Shown in pieces: positions 22,761 to 32,894 of a stretch of DNA of 64,000 nucleotides. The notes beneath the pieces were generated by a model. That model was not told the DNA's origin and did not search any database. It worked only from the letters and a program-made list of their open reading frames with translations. The stretch's first letter is position 1; each line of letters opens with the position of its first letter. The position numbers and the translations under genes are program-made. Origin of the DNA: Rebecca billardiae RCC1528 (taxonomy: Eukaryota > Protista > Haptophyta). The stretch covers positions 744,001 to 808,000 of the forward strand of contig OZ251222.1 in the NCBI GenBank assembly GCA_965240325.2, written 5' to 3'.

Positions 22761-22861
22761 GGCAGGCAGTGCGTGCCCCTATGATGCACAGTCTCACAAA
22801 CCTGCCCCGTGTTTCGGGGCCGTGGGCTGATGCGGACCGCGTGCGGACGCATTTGTCTGCC
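22761..22861 (+). promoter_or_regulatory. eukaryotic type II SECIS element
   Basis: Helix I GGCAGGCAGTGCGT/ACGCATTTGTCTGCC; core ATGAT (22781) ... GGAC (22834-37); ~11-bp helix II GCACAGTCTCAC/GTGGGCTGATGC; unpaired AAA 22798-800; apical minihelix GCCCCG-TGTTT-CGGGGC. Confidence 0.88.
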
Positions 22862-23172
22862 GACAGTGCCGTCGTGGCGTCGATCCTGCCATTCAGATTT
22901 CAGGTCGGAGGACCGTCGCGAGACGTGAATTAATCGGATTCACTGATTACTAGCTTACTGGACGGATAAGCGGCGCTTGCACCATCGCCCCCGGTGACTT
23001 ATATTCTGCGATATTTTTACGACGAGAGCTCTGCCACCGTCTGCCAGATTGCACAGTGCCAGTGCCGGCAGTGGTCACGCGGAGAATTCCGCCTTGAATT
23101 CGGAACGGCGCACCTTCATAATTAATCATGAGTCTTATAATCTGCGCCTAGCTTTATAAGCCTTAGTCTTTA

Positions 23173-23174
<2 letters not shown>

Positions 23175-23269
<95 letters not shown>

Positions 23270-23288
23270 TCTCTCTCTCTCTCTCTCT
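23175..23288. repeat. (CT)n microsatellite
   Basis: Long CT run with one interruption. Confidence 0.95.
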
Positions 23289-24026
23289 GACAGACTCTCT
23301 CTATGTCATAACAGTGAATCGCCATTTAACACCTGCTTAGTAGGCTACTACATATAGTCACTATTGTCAGACTCAGTCATTAAGCTAGTTAGTGATACTG
23401 TGACTGTCGTGATGATGTAAGCTACGTTTTCATCAGACTCAGAGATAAAGATTGACCGTTGAGACTCCGAGACTGCTGCAGTGCGGTAATAAGTGCCAGC
23501 TATGCGGAAATAATATCATGCCGCCGCTGCAATATATATCTATTTGGCAATCCATTAATCTCAGTCGACGACAGCGGCCCGGAAGTACTAGCTAAGTTAC
23601 AGCAGGCTGTAGTCACAGTGCCGCGGCCCATCTAAGAGTTCGATCATGGGCATGGCCACCCTGGGCCTGGCCAGCGATGAGGGATTGCGGCGAGCGTCTC
23701 TGTGTTCAGCTGGCCGCTGTAGCCCGTCCAGCCGCTGTGTGCGCCGCGCTTCCAGCTTGCTCCCGCAGTCCTGCGGAGGGCCTTCCTCTGCGTCCGAGTC
23801 GCAGCCCGAGACTGAGACATTGCCGCTCATCACTGCAGCTGCTGCTGTCTGTGCATGCAAACGGCCGCAGCGCTCGGGCCAGATCCAGCGGCGGCGGCAT
23901 CAAAGCTGAAAGCTGAGCATCGCGCTCCGCGAATCTTTTTTTGACGGCGGCCGGCCGTCTCCGTTTTCATCCACATTGCGGCGGCCAACGAGCCGTGAGC
24001 CCGTCGAGCGTGCGCGGTCGCCCAGC

Positions 24027-27000
24027 ATGTCATTCGACAGCCTCGAGGGCTTTAACGAGCTCAAGATGCTTGGGAAGGGCGCGCATGGCTCCGCGCATCT
24101 CGTCGAGAGGCGCTCCGATGGCGAGCGCTTCGTCGTGAAGAAGGTGCGGCTCTCGAGCATGGCCGACCACGAGCTGAATATCGCGCAGCGCGAGGTGCGG
24201 CACCTGATGCAGTGCTCGTCGCCCCACGTGGTCAAGTACTACGGCTCGTTCGCAGATGAGCACACTCTCTACGTCTTCATGGAGAACTGCGAGAGCGGCA
24301 CCCTGGAGCAGGCGATTCGCGCGAAGGAGGCCGTCGGGCACGCGTGCGACACGGAGGTGGCGCTCGACTACTTTGCGCAGATCTGCGTCGGACTGCAGGC
24401 GGTGCACGCCCTGGCCATCGTGCATCGCGACATCAAGCCAGCAAACATCTTCCTGACGCGCCGCAACCTCGTCAAGATCGGCGACTTTGGCGTGTCCTTC
24501 CAGCTGGGCAGCACGCAGCCGATGGCCACGACGTGTGTCGGCACGCCGCTTTTCCTCTCGCCCGAGCAGCTGCAGGGGCAGCCTTACTCGGTGACGGCGG
24601 ACATCTGGGCGCTTGGCGTGCTGCTCTTTCGCATGTGTTTCGGCGCGTACCCGTACAACGCGCCCAACCTGCCCACCCTGGCCATGCGCGTGTGCTGCGG
24701 CGGGCCGCCGCCCATTCCGGAGTCGGCGGAGGTCGAGCTCGCTGCGCTGATCCGGTCGCTCCTGACGGTCGACCCGCTGCACCGCCCGACGATCGAGGCG
24801 GTGATCACGACGCCGCTGGTGCAGCGGCACGTCATGCACCTCTCCTTCGAGCTGCGCCAGCTCGCGTCGAGTACCTCCGAGATCGAGCAGCTCAGCGGGC
24901 AGATGGGCGCGAGTGCGCGCTCGGCTTCCTACAGCTCAGAGCAGCGCACGCTGCAGCCGAGTCAGACGCTGAGCGCGGCCAGCGGCGCGGCACGGGTGCC
25001 GAGGCCCGACGTGATGCCCCCGCACCCGTCGGCGGTGCACCCGACTGTGCCGGCTGCCGACTACAAGCGCGTCGTGCGCTACTGCACCGAGCGGCACGAC
25101 GAGCTGCTGATGGTGTGCGTAGCAGACAAGGTGAGGCAGGTTGCGGTGCGCAGGGGCCGCGGCGCGCTGCTCACGCTGCGGCGCTCCACGCGGATCGTCG
25201 CGGTCACCCGGCAGCGCCTGCTGGTGATGCGCCCTCGCGGCGAGCGCTCGGACTGGGCCCTGCAGCGCCACCGCCCCGCTAGGGACGCGCACTGGCTCGA
25301 CCTCGAGGGCCTGGCCTCTGGCCTTGCGCCCGACGGCTCTCAGCTGGAGCTCAGCTTCAGCCGGCGCCGCTCCGTCGGCGGCGGCGCAAGTGCGGCCGAC
25401 GCGCGCGCGCTGCTGCCGCTGCGCGGGAGCGATGGCGCGGAGGATGCGCTGCAGCACGAGGGAGACGGCCAAGGCGGGGCCGGGGCGCACCCACCCTGGC
25501 GCCTCGTCATCTCGATCCTGCCGCCGGTGACGAGCGCGCTCCTGCGCTCGATTGCGCACGCCGCACACGCAGTGAGGCGCGATCTCGCGGTGATCTCGGC
25601 TTCGCTCGCAACGCCGAGCCTGCTCTCGGCGTGGCAGCTCTCGGTCGAGGACCACGCGCTGATGGCGACGCGCGGCGCGGAGGACGCGCTGCGCGCGCGC
25701 AGGCGGCCCGGCCGCGAGTACAGGGCCGCGCTGCGCACGCTCGGCAGCTGGCACGGCTCGTGCGCTGAGACTCTTGCCTTCGTGACGGCCCGGCTCGAGC
25801 CTCTGCTGGCCGCGCGCGCGCCCTCGCTGCAGCTGGGTGAGGTGGTCGCGAGCGCGGCCGAGGCCGGAGCGCGCCCGTCTCCCGCGCGGCCAACAGAGAC
25901 GCGCGCTGCCGAGCCGCACGCGCCGCATCCGCTCGGAGCGACCTTCGCCGGCGGCACGAGCCTGGGCGCGCGCGCGCAGCCGCGCGCGCTGAGCGCGCCC
26001 GAGCTCAGCGCCCTGCGCGCGGCGCTCGGCGTGCTCGCGGGCTGTGATTGGCTGGAGGAGCTGCACGCCGACTCGCGTGTGCCCGTCGCGGCGCTCGCGA
26101 GCGATCTCGCCGAGCTCGTCCGCGTGCACCCGCCCCAGCTCCGCGTGCTCGGCGTCGCCGCGCCGCCGCCGCGCGCGCTGCAGACGCTCGCGCACGCGAC
26201 GAGCTTGCACGGCGTCGAGCTGCGTGTCTCCCAGCCGCTGCCGATCCGGCGCTCCGCCTCCTCTGTGCTCAGCGCGAGGCTCACGGGCCGATCGACGCCC
26301 GAGTCGATGCCCACCTCGGCGCGGCTGCGCGTCCTGTCGCCGCGTGCCGCCGCATCCACCGCCGACGGCAGCCAATCCACCGACACCAGCCTCGAGCCAA
26401 CCAACTGGTCACCAGCCGCGGACTCGGCGGCGCCAGCGGCGGCGGCGGCGGCGCTGGCCGACCTGGCGGTTGCCACGCCGAGCGCGCGTACGAGCGCCGG
26501 CCACGGCGACACGCGCGGGGATCCGCAGGTGCTGAGCGCTGCAACGTTTGCCCTGGGGCGAGCTCCGCGGCAGCCGGCGCGCTCCTCGCGCGACGTGAGC
26601 ACAGAGGCGTGCCTGCTGTCGGCGTCGTCTGCAGCCCCCTCCGCTGCCTCGCCCTCGCGGTCGCCGCCGCGGCTCGCCCACTTCGAGTCGGCGAGCGCTC
26701 CGGACTTGGCGCCGCTCGACACCGATGACGCGCACGCGGGCGCAGACGTGCCGCCAGATAGGGGCTTCTCGCCGCTCCTCTCGAGCTCGTCGAGCTGGTT
26801 CGAGGCGCCGCAGCTCGAGCAGCACAAGCTGCCCGCGGCCGCGGCCGCCACCGAGCCTCGCAAGCACGCGTGGAGCGTGGCTCGCGACGGCTCTCGCAAA
26901 GCGCTTGGCCTGGCGCTCACCACGCTCGCGGTCTTGGCGCTGCTTGGGGCACGGTGGCTGAGCGCAGGCGACGTTTTCGGGCTGCATGCGGCCGTGGGCC

Positions 27001-27197
27001 CCGAGTTGCAACGTGTCGCATCTTCTGCCAAGCGGTCCACCCCGCACTCGTTCCCGCAGCACGACGGCGGGCTCGGCGCGCTTGACGCAGCCTTTGTGAG
27101 CGCCTTGGCGCATGCGCTCGGCGACCCGTTTACAGATCAGCTCAGGTACCTCGGTGGTGCGCTGCGGACGCGCCTGCATAGTATGCATATGGCGTGA
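24027..27197 (+). CDS. NEK/NIMA-related Ser/Thr kinase with long C-terminal extension
   Basis: LGKGAHG, VVKKV, HRDIKPANIF, KIGDFG, CVGTPLFLSPE, DIWALG; a later PH-like segment and a hydrophobic TM-like stretch. Confidence 0.9.
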   Translation: MSFDSLEGFNELKMLGKGAHGSAHLVERRSDGERFVVKKVRLSSMADHELNIAQREVRHLMQCSSPHVVKYYGSFADEHTLYVFMENCESGTLEQAIRAKEAVGHACDTEVALDYFAQICVGLQAVHALAIVHRDIKPANIFLTRRNLVKIGDFGVSFQLGSTQPMATTCVGTPLFLSPEQLQGQPYSVTADIWALGVLLFRMCFGAYPYNAPNLPTLAMRVCCGGPPPIPESAEVELAALIRSLLTVDPLHRPTIEAVITTPLVQRHVMHLSFELRQLASSTSEIEQLSGQMGASARSASYSSEQRTLQPSQTLSAASGAARVPRPDVMPPHPSAVHPTVPAADYKRVVRYCTERHDELLMVCVADKVRQVAVRRGRGALLTLRRSTRIVAVTRQRLLVMRPRGERSDWALQRHRPARDAHWLDLEGLASGLAPDGSQLELSFSRRRSVGGGASAADARALLPLRGSDGAEDALQHEGDGQGGAGAHPPWRLVISILPPVTSALLRSIAHAAHAVRRDLAVISASLATPSLLSAWQLSVEDHALMATRGAEDALRARRRPGREYRAALRTLGSWHGSCAETLAFVTARLEPLLAARAPSLQLGEVVASAAEAGARPSPARPTETRAAEPHAPHPLGATFAGGTSLGARAQPRALSAPELSALRAALGVLAGCDWLEELHADSRVPVAALASDLAELVRVHPPQLRVLGVAAPPPRALQTLAHATSLHGVELRVSQPLPIRRSASSVLSARLTGRSTPESMPTSARLRVLSPRAAASTADGSQSTDTSLEPTNWSPAADSAAPAAAAAALADLAVATPSARTSAGHGDTRGDPQVLSAATFALGRAPRQPARSSRDVSTEACLLSASSAAPSAASPSRSPPRLAHFESASAPDLAPLDTDDAHAGADVPPDRGFSPLLSSSSSWFEAPQLEQHKLPAAAAATEPRKHAWSVARDGSRKALGLALTTLAVLALLGARWLSAGDVFGLHAAVGPELQRVASSAKRSTPHSFPQHDGGLGALDAAFVSALAHALGDPFTDQLRYLGGALRTRLHSMHMA

Positions 27198-27673
27198 TGA
27201 GAATGCTGCGCGCTGCTGTAGCCTTCGTCATCAGTCATCATCATCGCGATCGTCTGAGACTCTGAGACGACGGGCCGACGAGCTGCCAGTGCACAGTGTC
27301 AGTGACAGACTGCCAAGACAGGTCTACGCAATGAGCATCACCGAGCAGCTCGGCTATATAGCGCTACTGCACGATATCCGCCTGCTCGGCTGAACACGGT
27401 CAATTCTGGTACAGCACTGATGCCAAACGTACAGGTGACGATAACGACGACCTTTAGCGAGGTGCTCGCCACGACTCACGAGGTCGAGTGGTCAGTGGCA
27501 CTCGCCCGGTCACTCGGCCGGCGCCTGCTGTATTATAAACTATATAATTTGTATAATTGCCATCCGAGGCCAGTCGGGCCGGCGGGCAGCCGCCCGAGCC
27601 GGGCGGCCCGCGGCCGGGACGGACGAGAGAGTCTGCTGCGTCGGATCTCATCGATATGACGATATCGGCGGCT

Positions 27674-29647
27674 TCATCGTGATCGGCGCGACGGGGGAGG
27701 CTTGCCCAGCATGACGGGATAGATATTTTTCATCTCCTCGGCCATGCGGACCGGATCGAGGTATCCAGTGAGACTGCTCGCTGATGGGCCGGATGGCGGC
27801 ATGGTGTTAGGGTTGAGCTTGACCATGATTGGTTTGTGATCGCCGCTGCGCAGCTCGGCGACGGGCGGGGCCGTGCCTGCATCGATGGCGCGTGCCAAGG
27901 CAACGAGCGTGTCGTGGAGAGGGTAGGGCCGTGTCTCGGACCGCCCGCCTTCTGGCTCCACGCGGGCGAAGCGATGGCGCCAGATGTCTGTGCCGCCGAT
28001 GTACACGCCTTTCACTGCGGACCCGGCGTGCCCGCCATCGCCTCCGTCGCGATAGAGGCGGACGAACGCGACGAGGACGAGCCGCTTGGACGCCACGTGC
28101 ATCAGTACCACCGCTCGCTGGTCGTCGTCGTCACAGCCGGCGGGCGCGATGGCGAAGTTGACTTCGCACAGGGCGTCCATGCTGGCCGGGCGGATGCCGC
28201 GCGCGGCGGCCAGGTACAGCGCAGGGGCCCAGGGGAGGTCCGTCTTGCGCCGCTCCCCGTGACAGGTCCAGAGCTCGCTCCCAGCCTCGGCGGGGAATGT
28301 GCGCAGCAGCTCCGCGGCCGTCGCCTCGTTGAAGAGGCCGAGCTCGGGGGCGCGGCGCTCGAGGCCGTCTCCGCGCGCGTCGGCGTCCCGTGCGCGCTCC
28401 CGCGCTTTCAGCGCCTCGCGCGCCTCGCGCGCAGCCTTGGCCTTCGCCCTGTGCGCATCGGTGACCGCCTTCCCCTGGATGGTGCGGCACGGGACGGCGT
28501 GCTCCGGCCAGTCCGCGAGCTGGCAGTCGCGCCCACAGTACGACCGATTCCGGCAGCCATTGCACTTGAGCAAGCGGTCCGGCGCCTTGCCGCAAGAGGC
28601 GCACACCACGTCGCGCACGGGCTGCGGAGGCGCCTCCTCCAGGACGCGCGTGGGCCCCAGCCCTTCCTCGTCCGCAGGCGAGCCGCGCGCTGCCGTGAAC
28701 ACGGAGGTAATGGTCGGCGGCACGAGGCCGTGCACACGCGTGGCGTCGCCAAAGAGCAACGTCAGGTCGCTGTCGCGAACCGCGCCCGCGCGGGCGAGGA
28801 TGGCGATGAGCCGGTCGGGCTCCGGAGCCTGCCGCCCGCGCCGCAAGAGCGACGGGGCGCCGTGCCGCGCGAGCAGCTGCTGCGCCTCAGGGCTCGCGCG
28901 CGCCGTCTCGTTGAGGTACTCGCGCGCGCCCTCCAGGTCGTCCAGCCGGCTGAGGTACGCCAGGCCCATCGACTGCAGCAGGCCGCGCAGCATGTACGCC
29001 TCAACGCTCATGGGCGCCTCGACGTCGAGGGTCTTGAGCCGGCTGAAGAGCTCAGTGGCGTTCACGCTCGAGTCGGACTCGAGCACGCTGAGCTCGGCAG
29101 CCACATACAGGTCGCACACGGCACTCACCAGGAGCGAGCACGCGGCGGCCGCGTCGCTCGCCAGCGTCACCGCCTCTCGGAACACGCCCCCGAGCTGCGC
29201 GGGAACGCGCTCGAGGATGCCCGCTGCGACCTCGGCGGACTCGCTCGCCTCCTCGGCCGTTGCTCGCAGCATCTCGGGCGAGTCGAGCGGCATGTGGGGC
29301 GGGTCCGCGTTTCCATCCGCGGTGCACGCCGTGAACACGCGCCTGCAGGCGAGGCGCGCGAGGAGCACGTGCGCCTGCAGAAGCACCAGGTCGGCGATGG
29401 GATCGCCTGCAGAGGCTCGAGATGCGGCTTGCGCCAGCTGCACCATCTGACGACGGTGCGGCATAGCGTCGAGCAGTCGCTCCTTGGTTGCAGCTTCCTC
29501 GCACACTCGCGCGCGCTCGTGCGCCGCGCCCAGCTCCCCAGCAAATTGCTGGTAGACGATGGTGGACATCGCCGGGTGATGTAGCCATTCCGCCCACGCC
29601 CAAGCATACTGCCCAGGTCCTTGGGGCGCCCTTCCTTGGGGAGCCAT
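27674..29647 (-). CDS. MYND zinc-finger protein
   Basis: CASCGKAPDRLLKCNGCRNRSYCGRDCQLADWPEHAVPC fits the zf-MYND consensus; start 29647 inferred. Confidence 0.85.
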   Translation of the reverse strand: MAPQGRAPQGPGQYAWAWAEWLHHPAMSTIVYQQFAGELGAAHERARVCEEAATKERLLDAMPHRRQMVQLAQAASRASAGDPIADLVLLQAHVLLARLACRRVFTACTADGNADPPHMPLDSPEMLRATAEEASESAEVAAGILERVPAQLGGVFREAVTLASDAAAACSLLVSAVCDLYVAAELSVLESDSSVNATELFSRLKTLDVEAPMSVEAYMLRGLLQSMGLAYLSRLDDLEGAREYLNETARASPEAQQLLARHGAPSLLRRGRQAPEPDRLIAILARAGAVRDSDLTLLFGDATRVHGLVPPTITSVFTAARGSPADEEGLGPTRVLEEAPPQPVRDVVCASCGKAPDRLLKCNGCRNRSYCGRDCQLADWPEHAVPCRTIQGKAVTDAHRAKAKAAREAREALKARERARDADARGDGLERRAPELGLFNEATAAELLRTFPAEAGSELWTCHGERRKTDLPWAPALYLAAARGIRPASMDALCEVNFAIAPAGCDDDDQRAVVLMHVASKRLVLVAFVRLYRDGGDGGHAGSAVKGVYIGGTDIWRHRFARVEPEGGRSETRPYPLHDTLVALARAIDAGTAPPVAELRSGDHKPIMVKLNPNTMPPSGPSASSLTGYLDPVRMAEEMKNIYPVMLGKPPPSRRSR

Positions 29648-29799
29648 CGCGCCTCGGCTGGTGATGGCTGGAGTGGTCGGTTCGCCTCGGATGTGGCGGA
29701 AGTGAGCCCGCCTGGTCGGCCGCGGGCGGGTGGGCGTCCAGACCTCAGAGCTGTGATCGCTCCGGACACACTGCGGCAGCCTCCGCCTGCCCGCCATTG

Positions 29800-30516
29800 A
29801 TGTCTGGAGCTGACGCCCAGCCTCCGCCCGCCGGCGGCGGCGATGCAGGTGCCCAGGGGCGCCCAGTCGTGCAGGCGACCCCGGTGAACGCACAACCGCC
29901 GCCGCCACCACACGCGGGCGCGCCGCAGGGGCTGCCGACGGTGACTGCCGTGCCCGCACAGCCGGTGGTTGGCCAGCCGTACCCCGGGTACGGCAACGGG
30001 TACGGCAACGCCGAGTTTGCAACCATCACTGTGGTCGAGCAGCGCGAGCTGACGCCCGACGAGGTGTATGTCCTCGCGCTCGTGCAGTCCGCGCGCATCA
30101 CCAAAATCCTCGCGATCATCGACCTCGTCTTCACCGTGATCACGAGCATCATGCAGGCGCAGCTCTTCATGCTGCTGCTCATCTTTGGACCGCTCGCCGG
30201 CCTGTACGCGGCGCTCAAGCTGAACGCCATCGCCGCGGCCGCGTACGGCGTCTTCGCGGTCGTGAAGGCCATCATCGACGTGGTCGACCTCATCCTGGTC
30301 CTGATGAACCCGGGCCAGTTCGAGTTCCCGGGCTTTGTCATCTTTGTGCTGCTGCTGAGCGCCACGGTGCAGGTGTGGATCGCAAAGATCGTGTTCCGCT
30401 TCCGCACGCTGCTGACGCAGCTCACGCCGGAGCGCATGGACGACGTGCAGCGCGTGATGAGCAATCCGCCGCCGCTGATGATGCGCAACGCCCAGTACCG
30501 CCGAGACCGGGTGTGA
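29800..30516 (+). CDS. four-TM membrane protein with Pro-rich N-terminus
   Basis: Strong coding-like codon pattern; PPPP and PYPGY motifs followed by four hydrophobic helices. Confidence 0.75.
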   Translation: MSGADAQPPPAGGGDAGAQGRPVVQATPVNAQPPPPPHAGAPQGLPTVTAVPAQPVVGQPYPGYGNGYGNAEFATITVVEQRELTPDEVYVLALVQSARITKILAIIDLVFTVITSIMQAQLFMLLLIFGPLAGLYAALKLNAIAAAAYGVFAVVKAIIDVVDLILVLMNPGQFEFPGFVIFVLLLSATVQVWIAKIVFRFRTLLTQLTPERMDDVQRVMSNPPPLMMRNAQYRRDRV

Positions 30517-31107
30517 GAGCTCAATCAATATCTACTCGGACCGTGACCAGTTTCTACTGAGCATACCTGCGGACTACCCGAGCTTGGGACTCCCGGGCTC
30601 AGCGGCCCTTGGGACCCTGATGCTACGCCCGAGGTGGCCGATGTCGGATGCGCGCGCGCAGACCGCAGCCTGGCGGCACCGCCCGAAGCGGCTACCGCCG
30701 CACTCCGTCGCACGGCTGATGCTCCACTCAGTGGCAGCCTGCGCCACTCAGGTTCAGTGACTCGCGGAGCGGTCTCGCGATGTGACCGCAGGACAAAGCC
30801 ATCACTCATCAGCGGTCAGGCGACTCAGGCGTCAGCGCCCAGCGGAATGGCGCCGCAGGCTCCACTGATCCACAATACATTCCCTTCTAGTAGGATCATC
30901 AACGGTATACACACATATATATAGCAGTCGCGGATCCGACGACGGGCGATGACTGATGAGACACTGGCACCATATAAGGCATAACCGCGCCGCGCGCGCT
31001 CCCCGGAATTGGGCGGCGGTTGCGACTGCAAGGCTCAGGCTCAGGCTCAGGCGCGCCGCCGGGGGTTCCCGAGCCGGGCTCCGGCTCCTCCACCCGGCCG
31101 GGCATGG

Positions 31108-32610
31108 CTATAGCCCTTCGCCGCCGTACTCGAGCTCCAGCTCGTCTGTCAGCCCGGCCATGCCCGTGCCGTCCCCGTCGAGCCACGCGCCGCCGCCGCC
31201 GTCGCCGCCGTACGCCGTGGAGCCGTCCTCCTCCTCGCTGTCGAACTCGTCGAGCTCTTCGCGCGCGCCGGGGAGCTTCGTGCGGCCGGTGGTCGCCAGC
31301 GTGAGCCAGCCGCTGTGGTACGAGTCGAAGTCGAGCCCCTCCGACCACTGCAGCAGCTCGTCCACCTCGTCGTCGCCGCCGTGCGCCTCGGCGCCCGCGC
31401 CGCCGCCCTCGGCGCCCTCGCCGCCGCGCGCGTCTCGGTACATCTTTTGCAGCCAGGCGATTTTCTTCTGCCGCTTCTTCTGCTCGATCTCGGCGCGGCG
31501 CTGCGTGCGCGTCGGCGCGAACGGGACGGGCTTCGCCGCGGTGCCCTGCGCGATCTCGTCGATCTCGCGCAGCAGCGACGCCTGCACCGGCCGCCAGCCG
31601 TTGTTCTCGATGCGTCTGTACCAGCCCGCGCGCGCCTCCTCGTCGCGCCGCCGCCTGTCCAGCGCCTCGTCGCCGCGCGCGGAGCGGTTGTTGAGCACGC
31701 GCGGCTCGAGCTGCTTGCGCCGCGTGTAGTCGCGCGGCGCGAACGCGCCGATGTCCGTCACGGCCGCGTGGGTGTAGATCTTGTAGTAGATCTTCGGCGG
31801 CCACTCGAGCCCGCCCAGCCTGAAGCGCACGTGCGGCTGCGACGCCGCGTCCATCAGCCCGGCCTCGCGCGGGTTGATGCTGCGCAGCAGCTGGCGCGGG
31901 TTGCCCTGCTCGCGGAAGCGGATGAGGTCCATGTAGTTGCGCATGATGCGCATGCTCGCGAACGCGCGCCAGCGCCTCTGGATCCGCACCGCCGCGAGGT
32001 GCTGCGGGTCGTGGTCGAGCTCGTCGAGCCTGAGGATGAGCACATCCTCCCACCAGCGCTGCAGGCTGCGCGCGGCGACGTTGAAGGCGGCCCAGCGCCG
32101 CGCGAGCCACGCGCGGCGCCAGGGGGTCATGCGCCACCACGCCTGGACCCGCGCCGCGCACCAGTCGCGGTACGTCAGCGCGTCGCGCCGCGCCGCGTCC
32201 GCGATCGCCAGCTTGGCGTCGAGGAACTTGGAGACGAGGTCGATCTCGACGTTGTTCGGCGCGGACGAGGAGCGCGAGGCGGCGCGGCGCGAGCTGGAGG
32301 AGGCGGTGGGCGCGCGTATGCCCGGGGGTATGCGCACGACGAAGCCGCGCCACAGCCGCTGGATCTCGATCGCCGAGAGGTGCATCCCGGCCGTGCCGAG
32401 CGCGCGGTGCGGGTCCAGCCGGATGGCGCGCTGCATCGCGCGCGAGCGGTCCTGGAAGTGGTGGTTCCAGACGGGCGCCACGCCCTCTGCCGGGGGGAGC
32501 CGCCGCCATACCAGCCGCAGCAGGTACTTGAGCGCATCCGCGCCGCGCAGCGACTCGCCCCCCCGGCGCGCCCTCGAGCGCAGCGCCGGCGAGCGCGGGG
32601 CCGGCGGCAT
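31108..32610 (-). CDS. IQ-motif protein, MFI/C11orf65-like
   Basis: Several IQ motifs (IQRLWRG, IQRRWRA) and the block LLRSINPREAGLMDAA...VRFRLGG..WPPKIYYKIYTH..V.DIGAFAPRDYT...WYRRIENNGWRPV that I recognise from C11orf65 homologues. Confidence 0.8.
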   Translation of the reverse strand: MPPAPRSPALRSRARRGGESLRGADALKYLLRLVWRRLPPAEGVAPVWNHHFQDRSRAMQRAIRLDPHRALGTAGMHLSAIEIQRLWRGFVVRIPPGIRAPTASSSSRRAASRSSSAPNNVEIDLVSKFLDAKLAIADAARRDALTYRDWCAARVQAWWRMTPWRRAWLARRWAAFNVAARSLQRWWEDVLILRLDELDHDPQHLAAVRIQRRWRAFASMRIMRNYMDLIRFREQGNPRQLLRSINPREAGLMDAASQPHVRFRLGGLEWPPKIYYKIYTHAAVTDIGAFAPRDYTRRKQLEPRVLNNRSARGDEALDRRRRDEEARAGWYRRIENNGWRPVQASLLREIDEIAQGTAAKPVPFAPTRTQRRAEIEQKKRQKKIAWLQKMYRDARGGEGAEGGGAGAEAHGGDDEVDELLQWSEGLDFDSYHSGWLTLATTGRTKLPGAREELDEFDSEEEDGSTAYGGDGGGGAWLDGDGTGMAGLTDELELEYGGEGL

Positions 32611-32894
32611 CGTGGAACAATGGCGCAGGTAACAGGCGTGCTGTGGAATTTTCAACTTGGATGATTTTTCGCGCGGCGCGCGGCAGATTTGTTTTTGTTT
32701 TTCGCAGCCGTCCTCTCCGGATGGAATGTGAGTAACGGCCCGGACTCATTTTGCCAACAGACACGTCGAAGGCGGGAAGTTGGGTCCAAACAGGCCCGAA
32801 GTTGGTTGCGTCCGCCAATCGGCACCGCTCTGCCACCGCGAAGTAAAGTTCCTCCGCTGCACACTGCCTGCGTCCCCCGTCCTCCCGCCGCGTG

